Source: Eubacteriales bacterium
GTDB taxonomy: Bacteria; Bacillota; Clostridia; Oscillospirales; CAG-272
Length of the DNA: 64,000 bases
Assembly: GCA_045612385.1 (NCBI GenBank)
Contig: JAZKYZ010000064.1
Location: forward strand, 196 to 64,195
Direction: 5' to 3'
The translations under genes and the position numbers were made by a program. This document shows, in pieces, positions 17,060 to 26,475 of the stretch; positions within the stretch are counted from its first letter, which is position 1, and each line of letters begins with the position of its first letter. A model generated the notes under the pieces. The model saw only the letters and a program-made list of their open reading frames with translations. It did no database searches and was not told where the DNA came from.

Positions 17060-18538
17060 TTACCCCACATACATTTCAAGCTCCATTGTTTGTGCGGTGT
17101 ATATGCTAATAAAGCCTTTATAAAAAGAAAAGCCCTGACTTTCGTCAGAGCCGTTCTTAATGGGGCTATTGATGTAAATTTCAATTCTGTCATTATAAAG
17201 CACTAATTCTTTGATGAAAAGACTAACTATCATAGTAGCTTCAAGCATTAATGCTTCTTCGTAGTATTCACGGATAATGCTTTCGGGTACTTTTACAGCT
17301 GTTTTACTCTTTTCTATAAGCAATTCACGCTCTAACGCCTCTTGCTGTTCTTCAAGCTCGTGTAAGCGTTTTTTAGTGGTCTTTGAAACTATGCCTTGTT
17401 CAATAGCAGCCATAAGGTTATCTAAAGCAGTATCTATCTTGGATTTTTCTCTTGCAATTGTTTTCACTTTGGGATTATCGGTACAGTATTTATCTTGCAA
17501 TTTGAGCAGATTTTTCACGATTCCATTAAGCGTTTGCGGTTTAGAAAATTCTCGTGTAATAGCCGTTACGATTGCTTCTTCCAAGGCTTCTTTTGAGTGA
17601 ATTGCTTGCTCACAGCCGTTGTGATATACCTTTCTTCCGAGGCATTTATAATAACGCTTTATCTCTCCGTTTCTTGCCGTTCCCGTGTCGGAGCTGATAG
17701 GATGTCCGCAATATCCGCATCTCATTTTATGGCGAAATAGATATACAGTCTTTATGCTACGTTTACCGCCCTCGTTTTCTTTAGACTTTGCTCGTACAGC
17801 TTCAAATGTATGTGTAGGCACGATTTGAGGATACATATTATCTACTCTCTCGTCACCGTGGTAGTAAACACCGGAGTATTTCTTGTTTTTAAGTATGCTG
17901 TATATGGTATTTTTAGCGAATGGCTTTCCCTTGTAAAGTACGCCCTTTGCCGTTAATGCCTTTATAATATCCTTTACAAATACGCCGATAGAGTATTGTT
18001 CAAATATGAACCTTACTGTTTCGGCTTTTTCTTCGTCTATAAGTATTTTCTTATCGACAACCTTATATCCGTATGGCAATCCACCGCCTTGGTAATGTCC
18101 TTTAGCTCTATTCTCTCGCATACCTCTTTTTACTTTTTGAGATAAGTCGGCGGAGTAATATTGATTCATACCTTCAAGTAAACTTTCAAGTATAATTCCT
18201 TCGGGCGTATCGGGGATATTTTCCATAGCGGACAATACCTTTACGCCATTTTTCTTTAGCGTATTCTTATGTATGGTAGCTTCGTATTTGTTTCTTGAAA
18301 ATCTGTCGAGCTTATACACAAGAACGTATGTCCATTCTTTTCTTGCGCTATCTCTTATCATACGCTGAAAATCTGGGCGCATATCATTCGTTCCCGTCAT
18401 AGCTCTGTCGATGTACTTTGCAAGAATAAGAATATCTTTAGCTCTTGCAAATTCCTCGCATACTCGAAGCTGACCTTCGATAGATTGTTCAGTTTGGCTG
18501 TCACTTGAATAACGTGCATAGATTACTGCTGTTTTCAT
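17060..18538 (-). CDS. Large serine recombinase
   Basis: MKTAVIYARYSSDSQ... (resolvase catalytic Ser region), recombinase domain, zinc-ribbon CGYCGHPISS...YYKC and a coiled-coil C-terminus. AAAGGAG RBS precedes ATG 18538. Confidence 0.9.
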   Translation of the reverse strand: MKTAVIYARYSSDSQTEQSIEGQLRVCEEFARAKDILILAKYIDRAMTGTNDMRPDFQRMIRDSARKEWTYVLVYKLDRFSRNKYEATIHKNTLKKNGVKVLSAMENIPDTPEGIILESLLEGMNQYYSADLSQKVKRGMRENRAKGHYQGGGLPYGYKVVDKKILIDEEKAETVRFIFEQYSIGVFVKDIIKALTAKGVLYKGKPFAKNTIYSILKNKKYSGVYYHGDERVDNMYPQIVPTHTFEAVRAKSKENEGGKRSIKTVYLFRHKMRCGYCGHPISSDTGTARNGEIKRYYKCLGRKVYHNGCEQAIHSKEALEEAIVTAITREFSKPQTLNGIVKNLLKLQDKYCTDNPKVKTIAREKSKIDTALDNLMAAIEQGIVSKTTKKRLHELEEQQEALERELLIEKSKTAVKVPESIIREYYEEALMLEATMIVSLFIKELVLYNDRIEIYINSPIKNGSDESQGFSFYKGFISIYTAQTMELEMYVG

Positions 18539-18749
18539 TTTGGAATCTCCTTTTTTCTTTAGAAATTTGTCTTTCGGCAGGAGCGACCAAAACGGAAATG
18601 AAGGCGAGGTCAAGGAAATAGGCGAAAATATTGTATTTTAGGCGGCTATATAAAAATCATCAGCAATATTTTCACCCCTTTACCTCGGCGGCGTTTTCGT
18701 TTAAGCTCCACAACCGGCGAAAGATAAATTGTTTTTATGTCTACAGTTA

Positions 18750-18896
18750 TTACGGCGTATCTTCTTTGTTATCATCGTGAAAGAGATCTATAATGCGAGT
18801 AAGTAATGCGTTATAAAAAGCGTTCTGCTCGGCTTCGCTAAACTGCTTAATATCCATCTCATCGCATATAGTAATTTCGGGCGTTTCGTTTCTCAC
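18750..18896 (-). CDS. Possible 48-aa acidic protein upstream of the recombinase
   Basis: GGAGG, 7 nt, GTG. Translates VRNETPEITICDEMDIKQFSEAEQNAFYNALLTRIIDLFHDDNKEDTP. Not in the ORF track (under 60 aa). Confidence 0.35.
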   Translation of the reverse strand: MRNETPEITICDEMDIKQFSEAEQNAFYNALLTRIIDLFHDDNKEDTP

Positions 18897-19490
18897 TCGC
18901 TAACCTCCTTTTTGCTTGGTATAAAGAGGTTAACATATAAATCCCATCAAATCCACCTCTCAAGCTTTCTGCTTTTGCGATGCTACGGCACAGTTTTTAT
19001 TCGTCATTTTACGAGGGTGATTATTGAACTTACAGCGGTGGACAGTTTTAACCATTAGAGCCAAAACCATTGAAAATTATACTGAATTTTTATATACTGA
19101 TTATGACGTTTCGGATAACAACAACTTATTTGACAAGCAAATAAAAAAGCCCCTCTTTCGAGGAGCAAAAAACATAAAACCGTGACGGAGCAAACGCAAA
19201 AAGTTTAATCCACCAATTTAGCCGCCGACGGATAAAGCGGAGGTCTGTGCAAGCGGCTTAGCGCACAGCTCCGCTTCCGTTCGGCTTTGGTGGATTTCTT
19301 TTCTTGTCCGTTTGTTTTGCGCGAGGGCGTGTGCTTGTCTGGCGGCGCGAAGCGACGCCACTTGTATCAAGACAAGCACACGCCCTGCGCTCACGCTTAA
19401 ATCGTAGACTTATTTTTGTGGACGGATTTGATTCATATCATACCGATGAATTAGAGCATAAAAGCAATAGCGACGAGCCTAAGCTCGCCG

Positions 19491-19772
19491 CTAAAAACAG
19501 ATGTTTGCCGAATTTACGGAGTTGTTTTCTGTACATTGCTGCACAGGGAGGCAAAAGTTCACCTCCTGGGCATAATCACCATTCTGTGAATATTCGACAG
19601 TTGCAGGTGTGTGGCTGTCGACTTGGGGTGTATAGGCAATTATAGCAAGAGCCCATATTGTTATAAATGCGCTGAGGAAAATGGCCACAATTTTTAATAC
19701 TCGTCTTGTGGTTGATTTTTTTGAACGATCAATTTTTCTTTTTTTCGCCTTGTTAGGTTTGAAACTAAACAA
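19491..19772 (-). CDS. Doubtful small membrane-anchored protein
   Basis: Basic N-terminus plus one TM, but a TTG start without a clear RBS, embedded in structured non-coding sequence. Confidence 0.25.
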   Translation of the reverse strand: MFSFKPNKAKKRKIDRSKKSTTRRVLKIVAIFLSAFITIWALAIIAYTPQVDSHTPATVEYSQNGDYAQEVNFCLPVQQCTENNSVNSANICF

Positions 19773-20016
19773 TGCACCAACTAACTGTTTTATTAGCTCG
19801 CCGTATAACTAGGTCGCCGCAGCCTATAAGGACCGAGGGAGGATTGTATTATTCATACCTTCTCAACTTTGTTACACCGCTTGCGCGGAGGCTACGTCAT
19901 TTCTGCGTAGCTCTTGCGGTCACCCGCAAGTTCAGACTGTGCCTTCATCCGCATGGGATGCTCCGTGTCCAGTCGTTACACCTTCCCTAAAAGGGCTTGG
20001 CTCGGCATTTTCTGCT

Positions 20017-20655
20017 TTATATTATATATATATCTTCTTGCTGATATTCGATGTTTTTATTATACCCATATCTATTATAGTCGATAGACCAAATACATCC
20101 ATCTTCATCAGTACATTGTATAGAAAGATGCCTTGGGGAAGTTCCCTTATCTCCGCTCATATAAAAACATTGCAGTTCATTTTCAAAGTTATAGTAATTA
20201 TCGCTATATTTGCAATCCAAATTAATTTTGACCTGTTGTTTCGAAGTCAACAGTGCACATACGGCATCACCGCAAAAATGAATATCTGTTAAATCTCGAT
20301 TTCCAACATTAGTTATCTTGATTATATAGGCTTGTTCCTCATAATCCAAAACTTCTATACTCAAAACAACTTTAGGTCTTATTTCATACTTTCTACGCTC
20401 TTCTTCATTTTTTTGTTGCCAGAAATACAATAAGAAAGATGAAAATATTCCTAACGCAACTCCATAGTATGAAAGAGTGTCGATTTCAAGCGTTTTTTGA
20501 AACAATTCGGATTTTTCAGCCAAAAGACAAAATATGAAAGGCATTGATAAAATTACAACCACACAAAAAATTGTGAATAATGTTCTATAATTTCCAATAA
20601 TCCATTTTTTAATTTTCGGTACGATGCTAAACTTGTTTTTCGTTTCTTTTTTCAT
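20017..20655 (-). CDS. Hypothetical 2-TM protein with a soluble C-terminal domain
   Basis: 212 aa with two hydrophobic helices followed by a beta-rich Cys-containing domain. No family recognised. Confidence 0.55.
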   Translation of the reverse strand: MKKETKNKFSIVPKIKKWIIGNYRTLFTIFCVVVILSMPFIFCLLAEKSELFQKTLEIDTLSYYGVALGIFSSFLLYFWQQKNEEERRKYEIRPKVVLSIEVLDYEEQAYIIKITNVGNRDLTDIHFCGDAVCALLTSKQQVKINLDCKYSDNYYNFENELQCFYMSGDKGTSPRHLSIQCTDEDGCIWSIDYNRYGYNKNIEYQQEDIYII

Positions 20656-20705
20656 AATTAATATACCATGATGGAGCCGCCACGAGGGCGGCTCTGTTTT
20701 GTTGT

Positions 20706-23700
20706 TTAAAGTTTAATCCACATAGCTGGAACAACACCCTCGCCATCACTTATGGACGAATATCCATTATCATCAACAGTACCTGTGTTATAAACTACCA
20801 TTACAGAGTTTATATAATTTTTATCAGGTGAGCGAAGCCACCAATCTCCGTATCCATAACTTGATTCAGCCGTAGAAATCCAAGTACCAATTGCACGAGC
20901 GTAATCGGTAGTCTGCATTTTTCGGTTTGTATTACTTGCTAAGTCGTAATCGCTCTTTATTGCTTCTCGATAAGATAGTAGAAATACCTTGTCCTCGGTA
21001 TTTTCACAAGCATATGAATTATTGGAACTTTCTGTACTAGCGGCACTATTGTCGACAGTGGTGACTTGTATCAATTCTTTTTGAATTTCTCCAAAAGCTT
21101 TGTTATAAAATTCGTTATTAAGCCACTGCCTAACATCACTATCTTTATAATTGTTGTTTTTATCTTCATCGTAAGAATGGTCGTCTATAATACTGTCGCA
21201 AAGTATAAATGCTGATTCTCCATTTTCCGATAGAACTCTCCAACGAATTGGCTCTACCTTGAAATAATACGTTTCGCCTGCTGTTACCGCTTCATCATTA
21301 GAGAATTTATAGCCCAAGTTATACTGAGTAGAAACTATTTTAGCATAGTAAAAACCATCACTTCCCATATAATATCCTCGTTCATCTTTGGTGTTTGTTA
21401 TTTGAACACCGTCGGATTTAATGGTTTGAGGATATTCCCCGAAATATATGTATTCTCCAACTCTATAATAGCCACGCCAATAATACACCTCTAAAACCAA
21501 ACTTCCGTCACCGCTGATTTTACCGCTTAATTTACTAATGCCATTGTTAACATTTAATCCGTCAAATGTTTTTGATATTACTTGTGCCGTTGCGTCAGTT
21601 GCTCCAAAAAGATACTGCGTATCTACAAGCTCATATCCTGTTCTATCATTGGTTTGCTTGTAGTGCTTAACAATATAAGGAGTATCTTCATCTGCACTCC
21701 ACTTAGCAGTGTAAGTGACATTCTTTTCTGCATTGAAAGTGAAGGTCAGCGTATCGCAAACTTTAGTATCGCCTTCATACCAACCAATGAAGGTATATCC
21801 GGGATTTGAAGAAGCAACAAGTTTTACTTCACTTCCGATTTCATAATTGCCCCCATCGCTAACAAATCCTGCTTTGGGATTTTCCGTGGCGGTTGATATC
21901 GAGCAAGTATTAACAGCTATCCACATAGAAGGAATGACACCTATACACTCGGTGGTTGGTTTGCCCGATCCATCATAAATGTTTCCATTGCTGTATAGCA
22001 TTAGGACAAGTTCGCAGCTTGCGCCCGATGCTCCGGGAGAACTAGTCCATGATGCGTAGGCATAGTTGGTTCCCGACGAAAGTTCAAGTCCAATAGCTTT
22101 CGAAAAATCAGTAGCCATCCAATTATCTCTATCGGAATTATTTGGGAAATATTTGCGCAGATCCGAAGCTGAAATCAAAGACACTTTATTCTGATTTACA
22201 ATTTGAACGATCTGTTGTTGTAAAGATGTAAATGTCGTATTGAAAAATTCTTGTGTTAACCAACTGCGTATCTCGCTTGTTTCGTAGTTGTTATTATACT
22301 TACTATCATCGAATCTTCGACTATCTATTACACTATCGCACAGAATAAAGGCATTGCCATCTTTTTCGGAAAGAATTCTCCATCTAATCGGTTCGGCCTT
22401 GAAATAGTAGATATTGCCTTCTACAATATATTCCCCGGAAGAAAATTGATAATATTTGTCATAGCGAGGACCTGCCACAATTTTCGCATAATAATATCCG
22501 TCCGACCCAAGATAATATCCACGATTATCTACAGTTGTCGTTATTGTGACATAATCCGCCTTTAATGACTGAGGATATTCTCCGAAGTATATATATTGTC
22601 CTTCGCGATAGTATAGATCCAAGGTATAATAAACGTTGAGTACCAAAGTGCCATCACCATTAATATTGCCGGTCAATACACTCTTTTCAGCGTTGAAGAG
22701 ATATCCGTCTAATTCATCAGCAACAAATGTAGCTAAAGTATCGGTTGTTCCAAGTAAAGTTATTGAGTTAAACAATACCGAATTATATCCCGCCTTAGTC
22801 ATATTATCTTTATAGAAATTGACAGTATACGGAGTATCTTCATCCGCGCTCCACTTAGCAGTATAAGTAACGTTTTTTTCTGCATTGAAAGTGAAGGTCA
22901 GCGTGTCACATACTTTAGTATCACCCTCATACCAACCAATGAAGGTGTAACCGGGATTTGAAGAAGCAACAAGGCTTACAGAATTTTCGTAAGCATATTT
23001 GCCGCCCGAGGTTACAGTACCAGCCTTTTTGTTTTCTACGGAAGAGTTAATTGTATAAACGTCTCTCGTGTAGTAGACTTTGAGAACAAGTTTGCCATTA
23101 CCTACTATATTGCCACTAATTACGCTATTTGTATTTGTGAATGTAAAGTGTGCATACTCAGAGATAACAGCATTTGCGGTGGTATCAGTTATTCCTTCGA
23201 GAACGACAGTATCCACCTTGTCATATCCTGTTTTATTCTTATTTTCAAGATAATACTCAACAGTGAACTTCGTGTCATCGTTGGCAGACCATTTTGCCGT
23301 AAGAGTAACCGCATTTTCAACGGTAAACTTGTAGCTTTCAGTTTCGCAAACAAGAGAGTTTCCTGCATACCAACCGAGGAAGGTGTAGCCGGGGTTTGTG
23401 GTAGCAGTTACGGTGATTGTTTTGCCGTAACGATAAGCGCTTCCGCTTGTTACACTACCAGCCTTTGCATTCATCGCACGAGTGGTAACGGTATAACTAC
23501 TTCTCGTATAGTAAATTTTAAGGACTGCATCGCCTTCACCGTCGATATTTCCGCTTGCATTACTGATTGCGGCATAATAGGTGAAATGGGGATAGCTGTT
23601 TATCGTTGCGGTTGCGAGAGCATCTGTTGTTCCCATAAGAATATCGCTGTGGATAAGGTAGTAATCGTTGTTATCGATATTCTGATGATAGTACTCTACG

Positions 23701-26201
23701 GTATAGAAGGTATCCTCGTTTGCCGACCACTTTGCAACAAGAGAAATGTTTCTCGTAGGCATAAACGTATATGCAAGGTCTCCGCTGACGAGAGCGTTTC
23801 CTTCATACCATCCGAGCCAAGTATATCCGGCTTTAACGGTTGCGGTTACAGTGATTTCGTTACCATAAACTTTGGTAGCTCCCGACGTAACAGAACCGCC
23901 CTTTGTGTTTTCCGCAGAGGTTGTTACGGTGTAGCTGTTTCTGTCATAGTAAACCTTGAGAACGAGAGTTCCTTCGCCATCAATATTTCCGCTTGTAGTA
24001 CTCTTTGACGAATTGAACTTAAAGTGTTCAAAGGTCTTGGGACTTACCGATGCGGTTGTATCGGTTGTGCCTGCAAGATTTTCGGTTTCCAAGTTAAGTA
24101 TATCATAGCCGTTTTTGTTGGAATTTTCGAAGTAATATTCTACCTTGTAGGGAGTATTTGTGTTTGCCTTGAAGTTAGCAACGAAGCTAAGGTTCTCGGT
24201 TCTACCCAAAATCTTTACGTTAAGGGTAGGCTCTGTAACTCCCTCGTAAGTCCAACCAAGGAAGGTGTATCCTATCTTTGTAGGATTGATAAGCGTAAAT
24301 TCGCTTTCGATGGTATAGGTTGTGGGGTTCTTACCGTCAACTGTACCGCCGTTAAGATTATACTCGATATCGTAAAGAACGAGATCCCAAACGGCAACTA
24401 AGTTCATATCGGTGGTAAGATTATATTTACCGCCTGTTACAAAGTTTGTTCCGTCAGACCAGCCCGTAAAGGCGTGTCCTGCGTATTCGGGCGTGGGAAG
24501 AATTATTTCTGCATCATAATCAATCGGGATTTCGGTTTTGTCCACAGTTCCGCCAATAGCATCAAGATAAATCTTGAAGGAATCAGCTTTCCAATTTGCG
24601 GTAAAGGAAAGCGCACCTATAGAGTCGTTAATGCTGACGTTAAGAGTGGGCTCGGTAACTCCATCATAAGTCCAGCCGAGGAAGGTATAACCCGTTCTTG
24701 TAGGATTGATAAGCATAAATTCACTCTCGATGGTGTAAGTCGTTGGATTTGTTCCATCTACAATACCACCGTTAAGCGTATAGCCGATATCATAGCTTAC
24801 AGCATCCCATTTTGCAACAAGATTTACGTTCTTGCTTGTTTTCCAAGCACCGCTTACGTAAGGAGTTGTATCCTCATACCAACCTGCAAAGCTATATCCC
24901 GTCTTTGTGGGGGTAGGGAGCGTAATATTTGCATCATAGGTAGCAGTTTCATTTTCATAGCTTTCGTTGCCACCGTTGGTGTTAAAGGTTACGGTATAGG
25001 TGTTAGCCACCCAATTTGCAACGTAGCTTCTGTTGCCAATGCTTCCACTTGCGATCTCAAGAGCAAGCGTAGGTTTGTTAACGTATGTTCCCGTCCAACC
25101 GAGGAAGGTGTAACCGGTCTTTTCGGGAGTTGAAAGCGTAATGTTTTCGCTTACAAAATTGTATGTTGTGGGATTGGCGGTAGAGAGTGTGCCACCGTCA
25201 AGGTCGTATTCGATTTCATAGTTAATAAGCGACCATTTTGCTACAAGGGTAACGTCGGAATCGCCCTTCCAGATACCGTTTCCAAAAAGGTCGTTGCCAA
25301 GGTACCAGCCGTCAAAACTATATCCCGTGCGAGTAGGTATTTCAAGCGTATAGTTAATATCATAGACAACGCCTGTTTCCTCGTGTGCAACAGTACCGCC
25401 GTTTACATCGTAGGTAATTACGTACTCGTTTGCGAGCCAAATGGCAGAAATTGTTTCGTTTTTAGTGATAGGCGCAGTAAAATCATAACTCCAGCCCGAA
25501 AGAGTATATCCCTTTTTATAGGTATCTGGAGCTGACACAAGAGAGCCTTCTTCAATAATCACGGCTTCTGCAGTAGTGCCACCGTCTGTGTCAAACATTA
25601 CAGTGTACATAGGTCTACGACGGATATTCAACTTATACATCTCGGATTGACCGTTCTCAGCCGTAACGAGAGCGTAGTAAACGTTGTCACCGATTTCCAA
25701 AGGAGCAACCTTGCTGGAAATAGTAGTGTTTCCGTAAATATCGCTCGTTAAAGTCCAAGAGCTTTTAGAGTTTATAGTTACCTTTGTACCGAGCGAAAAT
25801 GCCTCGGTTGAGTTAGAAACCGTTATGGAATACTCGGTGTCGGATATCTTAGTAAATCCATCAAACTCAGCCTCAACGCCTTGAACCGATTCCGAACTCG
25901 TCCATTTAGCATAAACGGACATATTTTCGGAGAGCGGAGCATCAAGGAGAGAATTGGCGGTGAAGGGCTTGTTCCAAACGTCCTTATCCCAATACCAACC
26001 GTCGAAGACGTGCCCTTCTTTAATAGGATCATTCGGTATCTTGATGGTTTCCTTTCCGCTTGTGTTAACGGTTGCGTAAATTTCACCGTCAACAACAAAG
26101 TCAACCTTGAATTCGACTTTTCCGCAAGATGCAAGTCCGAGCGTTATGCCAAGGACGAGTGTCAAGCAAAAAAGAGCAGACAGTAGCTTTTTCATAAGCA
26201 A
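20706..26201 (-). CDS. Giant surface lipoprotein (1831 aa) with many Listeria-Bacteroides repeats and two GEYPQ...EPIRWR (DUF6273-like) domains
   Basis: Signal peptide plus lipobox LASCGK. More than 15 copies of the GY(T/S)FxGWY...W repeat. Two YIYFGEYPQ...EPIRWR(I/V)LS modules. Confidence 0.9.
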   Translation of the reverse strand: MLMKKLLSALFCLTLVLGITLGLASCGKVEFKVDFVVDGEIYATVNTSGKETIKIPNDPIKEGHVFDGWYWDKDVWNKPFTANSLLDAPLSENMSVYAKWTSSESVQGVEAEFDGFTKISDTEYSITVSNSTEAFSLGTKVTINSKSSWTLTSDIYGNTTISSKVAPLEIGDNVYYALVTAENGQSEMYKLNIRRRPMYTVMFDTDGGTTAEAVIIEEGSLVSAPDTYKKGYTLSGWSYDFTAPITKNETISAIWLANEYVITYDVNGGTVAHEETGVVYDINYTLEIPTRTGYSFDGWYLGNDLFGNGIWKGDSDVTLVAKWSLINYEIEYDLDGGTLSTANPTTYNFVSENITLSTPEKTGYTFLGWTGTYVNKPTLALEIASGSIGNRSYVANWVANTYTVTFNTNGGNESYENETATYDANITLPTPTKTGYSFAGWYEDTTPYVSGAWKTSKNVNLVAKWDAVSYDIGYTLNGGIVDGTNPTTYTIESEFMLINPTRTGYTFLGWTYDGVTEPTLNVSINDSIGALSFTANWKADSFKIYLDAIGGTVDKTEIPIDYDAEIILPTPEYAGHAFTGWSDGTNFVTGGKYNLTTDMNLVAVWDLVLYDIEYNLNGGTVDGKNPTTYTIESEFTLINPTKIGYTFLGWTYEGVTEPTLNVKILGRTENLSFVANFKANTNTPYKVEYYFENSNKNGYDILNLETENLAGTTDTTASVSPKTFEHFKFNSSKSTTSGNIDGEGTLVLKVYYDRNSYTVTTSAENTKGGSVTSGATKVYGNEITVTATVKAGYTWLGWYEGNALVSGDLAYTFMPTRNISLVAKWSANEDTFYTVEYYHQNIDNNDYYLIHSDILMGTTDALATATINSYPHFTYYAAISNASGNIDGEGDAVLKIYYTRSSYTVTTRAMNAKAGSVTSGSAYRYGKTITVTATTNPGYTFLGWYAGNSLVCETESYKFTVENAVTLTAKWSANDDTKFTVEYYLENKNKTGYDKVDTVVLEGITDTTANAVISEYAHFTFTNTNSVISGNIVGNGKLVLKVYYTRDVYTINSSVENKKAGTVTSGGKYAYENSVSLVASSNPGYTFIGWYEGDTKVCDTLTFTFNAEKNVTYTAKWSADEDTPYTVNFYKDNMTKAGYNSVLFNSITLLGTTDTLATFVADELDGYLFNAEKSVLTGNINGDGTLVLNVYYTLDLYYREGQYIYFGEYPQSLKADYVTITTTVDNRGYYLGSDGYYYAKIVAGPRYDKYYQFSSGEYIVEGNIYYFKAEPIRWRILSEKDGNAFILCDSVIDSRRFDDSKYNNNYETSEIRSWLTQEFFNTTFTSLQQQIVQIVNQNKVSLISASDLRKYFPNNSDRDNWMATDFSKAIGLELSSGTNYAYASWTSSPGASGASCELVLMLYSNGNIYDGSGKPTTECIGVIPSMWIAVNTCSISTATENPKAGFVSDGGNYEIGSEVKLVASSNPGYTFIGWYEGDTKVCDTLTFTFNAEKNVTYTAKWSADEDTPYIVKHYKQTNDRTGYELVDTQYLFGATDATAQVISKTFDGLNVNNGISKLSGKISGDGSLVLEVYYWRGYYRVGEYIYFGEYPQTIKSDGVQITNTKDERGYYMGSDGFYYAKIVSTQYNLGYKFSNDEAVTAGETYYFKVEPIRWRVLSENGESAFILCDSIIDDHSYDEDKNNNYKDSDVRQWLNNEFYNKAFGEIQKELIQVTTVDNSAASTESSNNSYACENTEDKVFLLSYREAIKSDYDLASNTNRKMQTTDYARAIGTWISTAESSYGYGDWWLRSPDKNYINSVMVVYNTGTVDDNGYSSISDGEGVVPAMWIKL

Positions 26202-26210
26202 TACCTCCTA

Positions 26211-26246
26211 AAAATACAAAAAGTGCGCCCGCAAAGCGAGCGCACC
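26211..26246 (-). terminator. Leader terminator (possible attenuator) just upstream of the giant gene RBS
   Basis: Minus strand reads GTGCGC-TCGCTTTGCGG-GCGCAC followed by TTTTTGTATTTTT, then AGGAGG and the ATG. Confidence 0.6.
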
Positions 26247-26375
26247 CCATTATGTACCTCACCTTGCCGCGACGCAATTTTCATAATATCTTAACTCAAG
26301 TATATGAAAAGGTGGGAGTACTAAAATGGCATAGTACACCCTTGAGTTAAGAATATTAAATTACGTCGCACTCTA

Positions 26376-26404
26376 ATTATAGCACACTTTTACAAAAAAG
26401 TAAA
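26376..26404 (-). promoter_or_regulatory. Sigma-A-type promoter for the giant surface protein gene
   Basis: Minus strand reads TTTACT, 17 nt, TATAAT. Confidence 0.55.
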
Positions 26405-26475
26405 TATTTTCAGGCGATTTATTACGCGCAAAAAAAGCGCAAGTCAAAACCTTTCGGTTCAACTTACGCTCATAG

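Noticed and set aside
19790-20010. Group II intron domain V or retron msr/msd
   Set aside because: The GAGCTACG...CGTAGCCTC hairpin is too short (about 8 bp) for domain V and lacks the AGC/bulge architecture. No reverse transcriptase or maturase ORF is nearby. It is kept only as an unclassified structured-RNA candidate.
20673-20695. Hairpin GGAGCCGCC-ACGA-GGGCGGCTC after the giant gene as its terminator
   Set aside because: On the minus (gene) strand it is not followed by a U-tract. The T-run is on the plus strand, where no gene ends. It may be a processing or stability hairpin, so it is not called as a terminator.
23148-25133. Several 125-286-aa plus-strand ORFs inside the giant lipoprotein gene
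   Set aside because: They are antisense to a continuous 1831-codon ORF with coherent repeats. Their periodic sequences merely mirror the sense-strand repeats.
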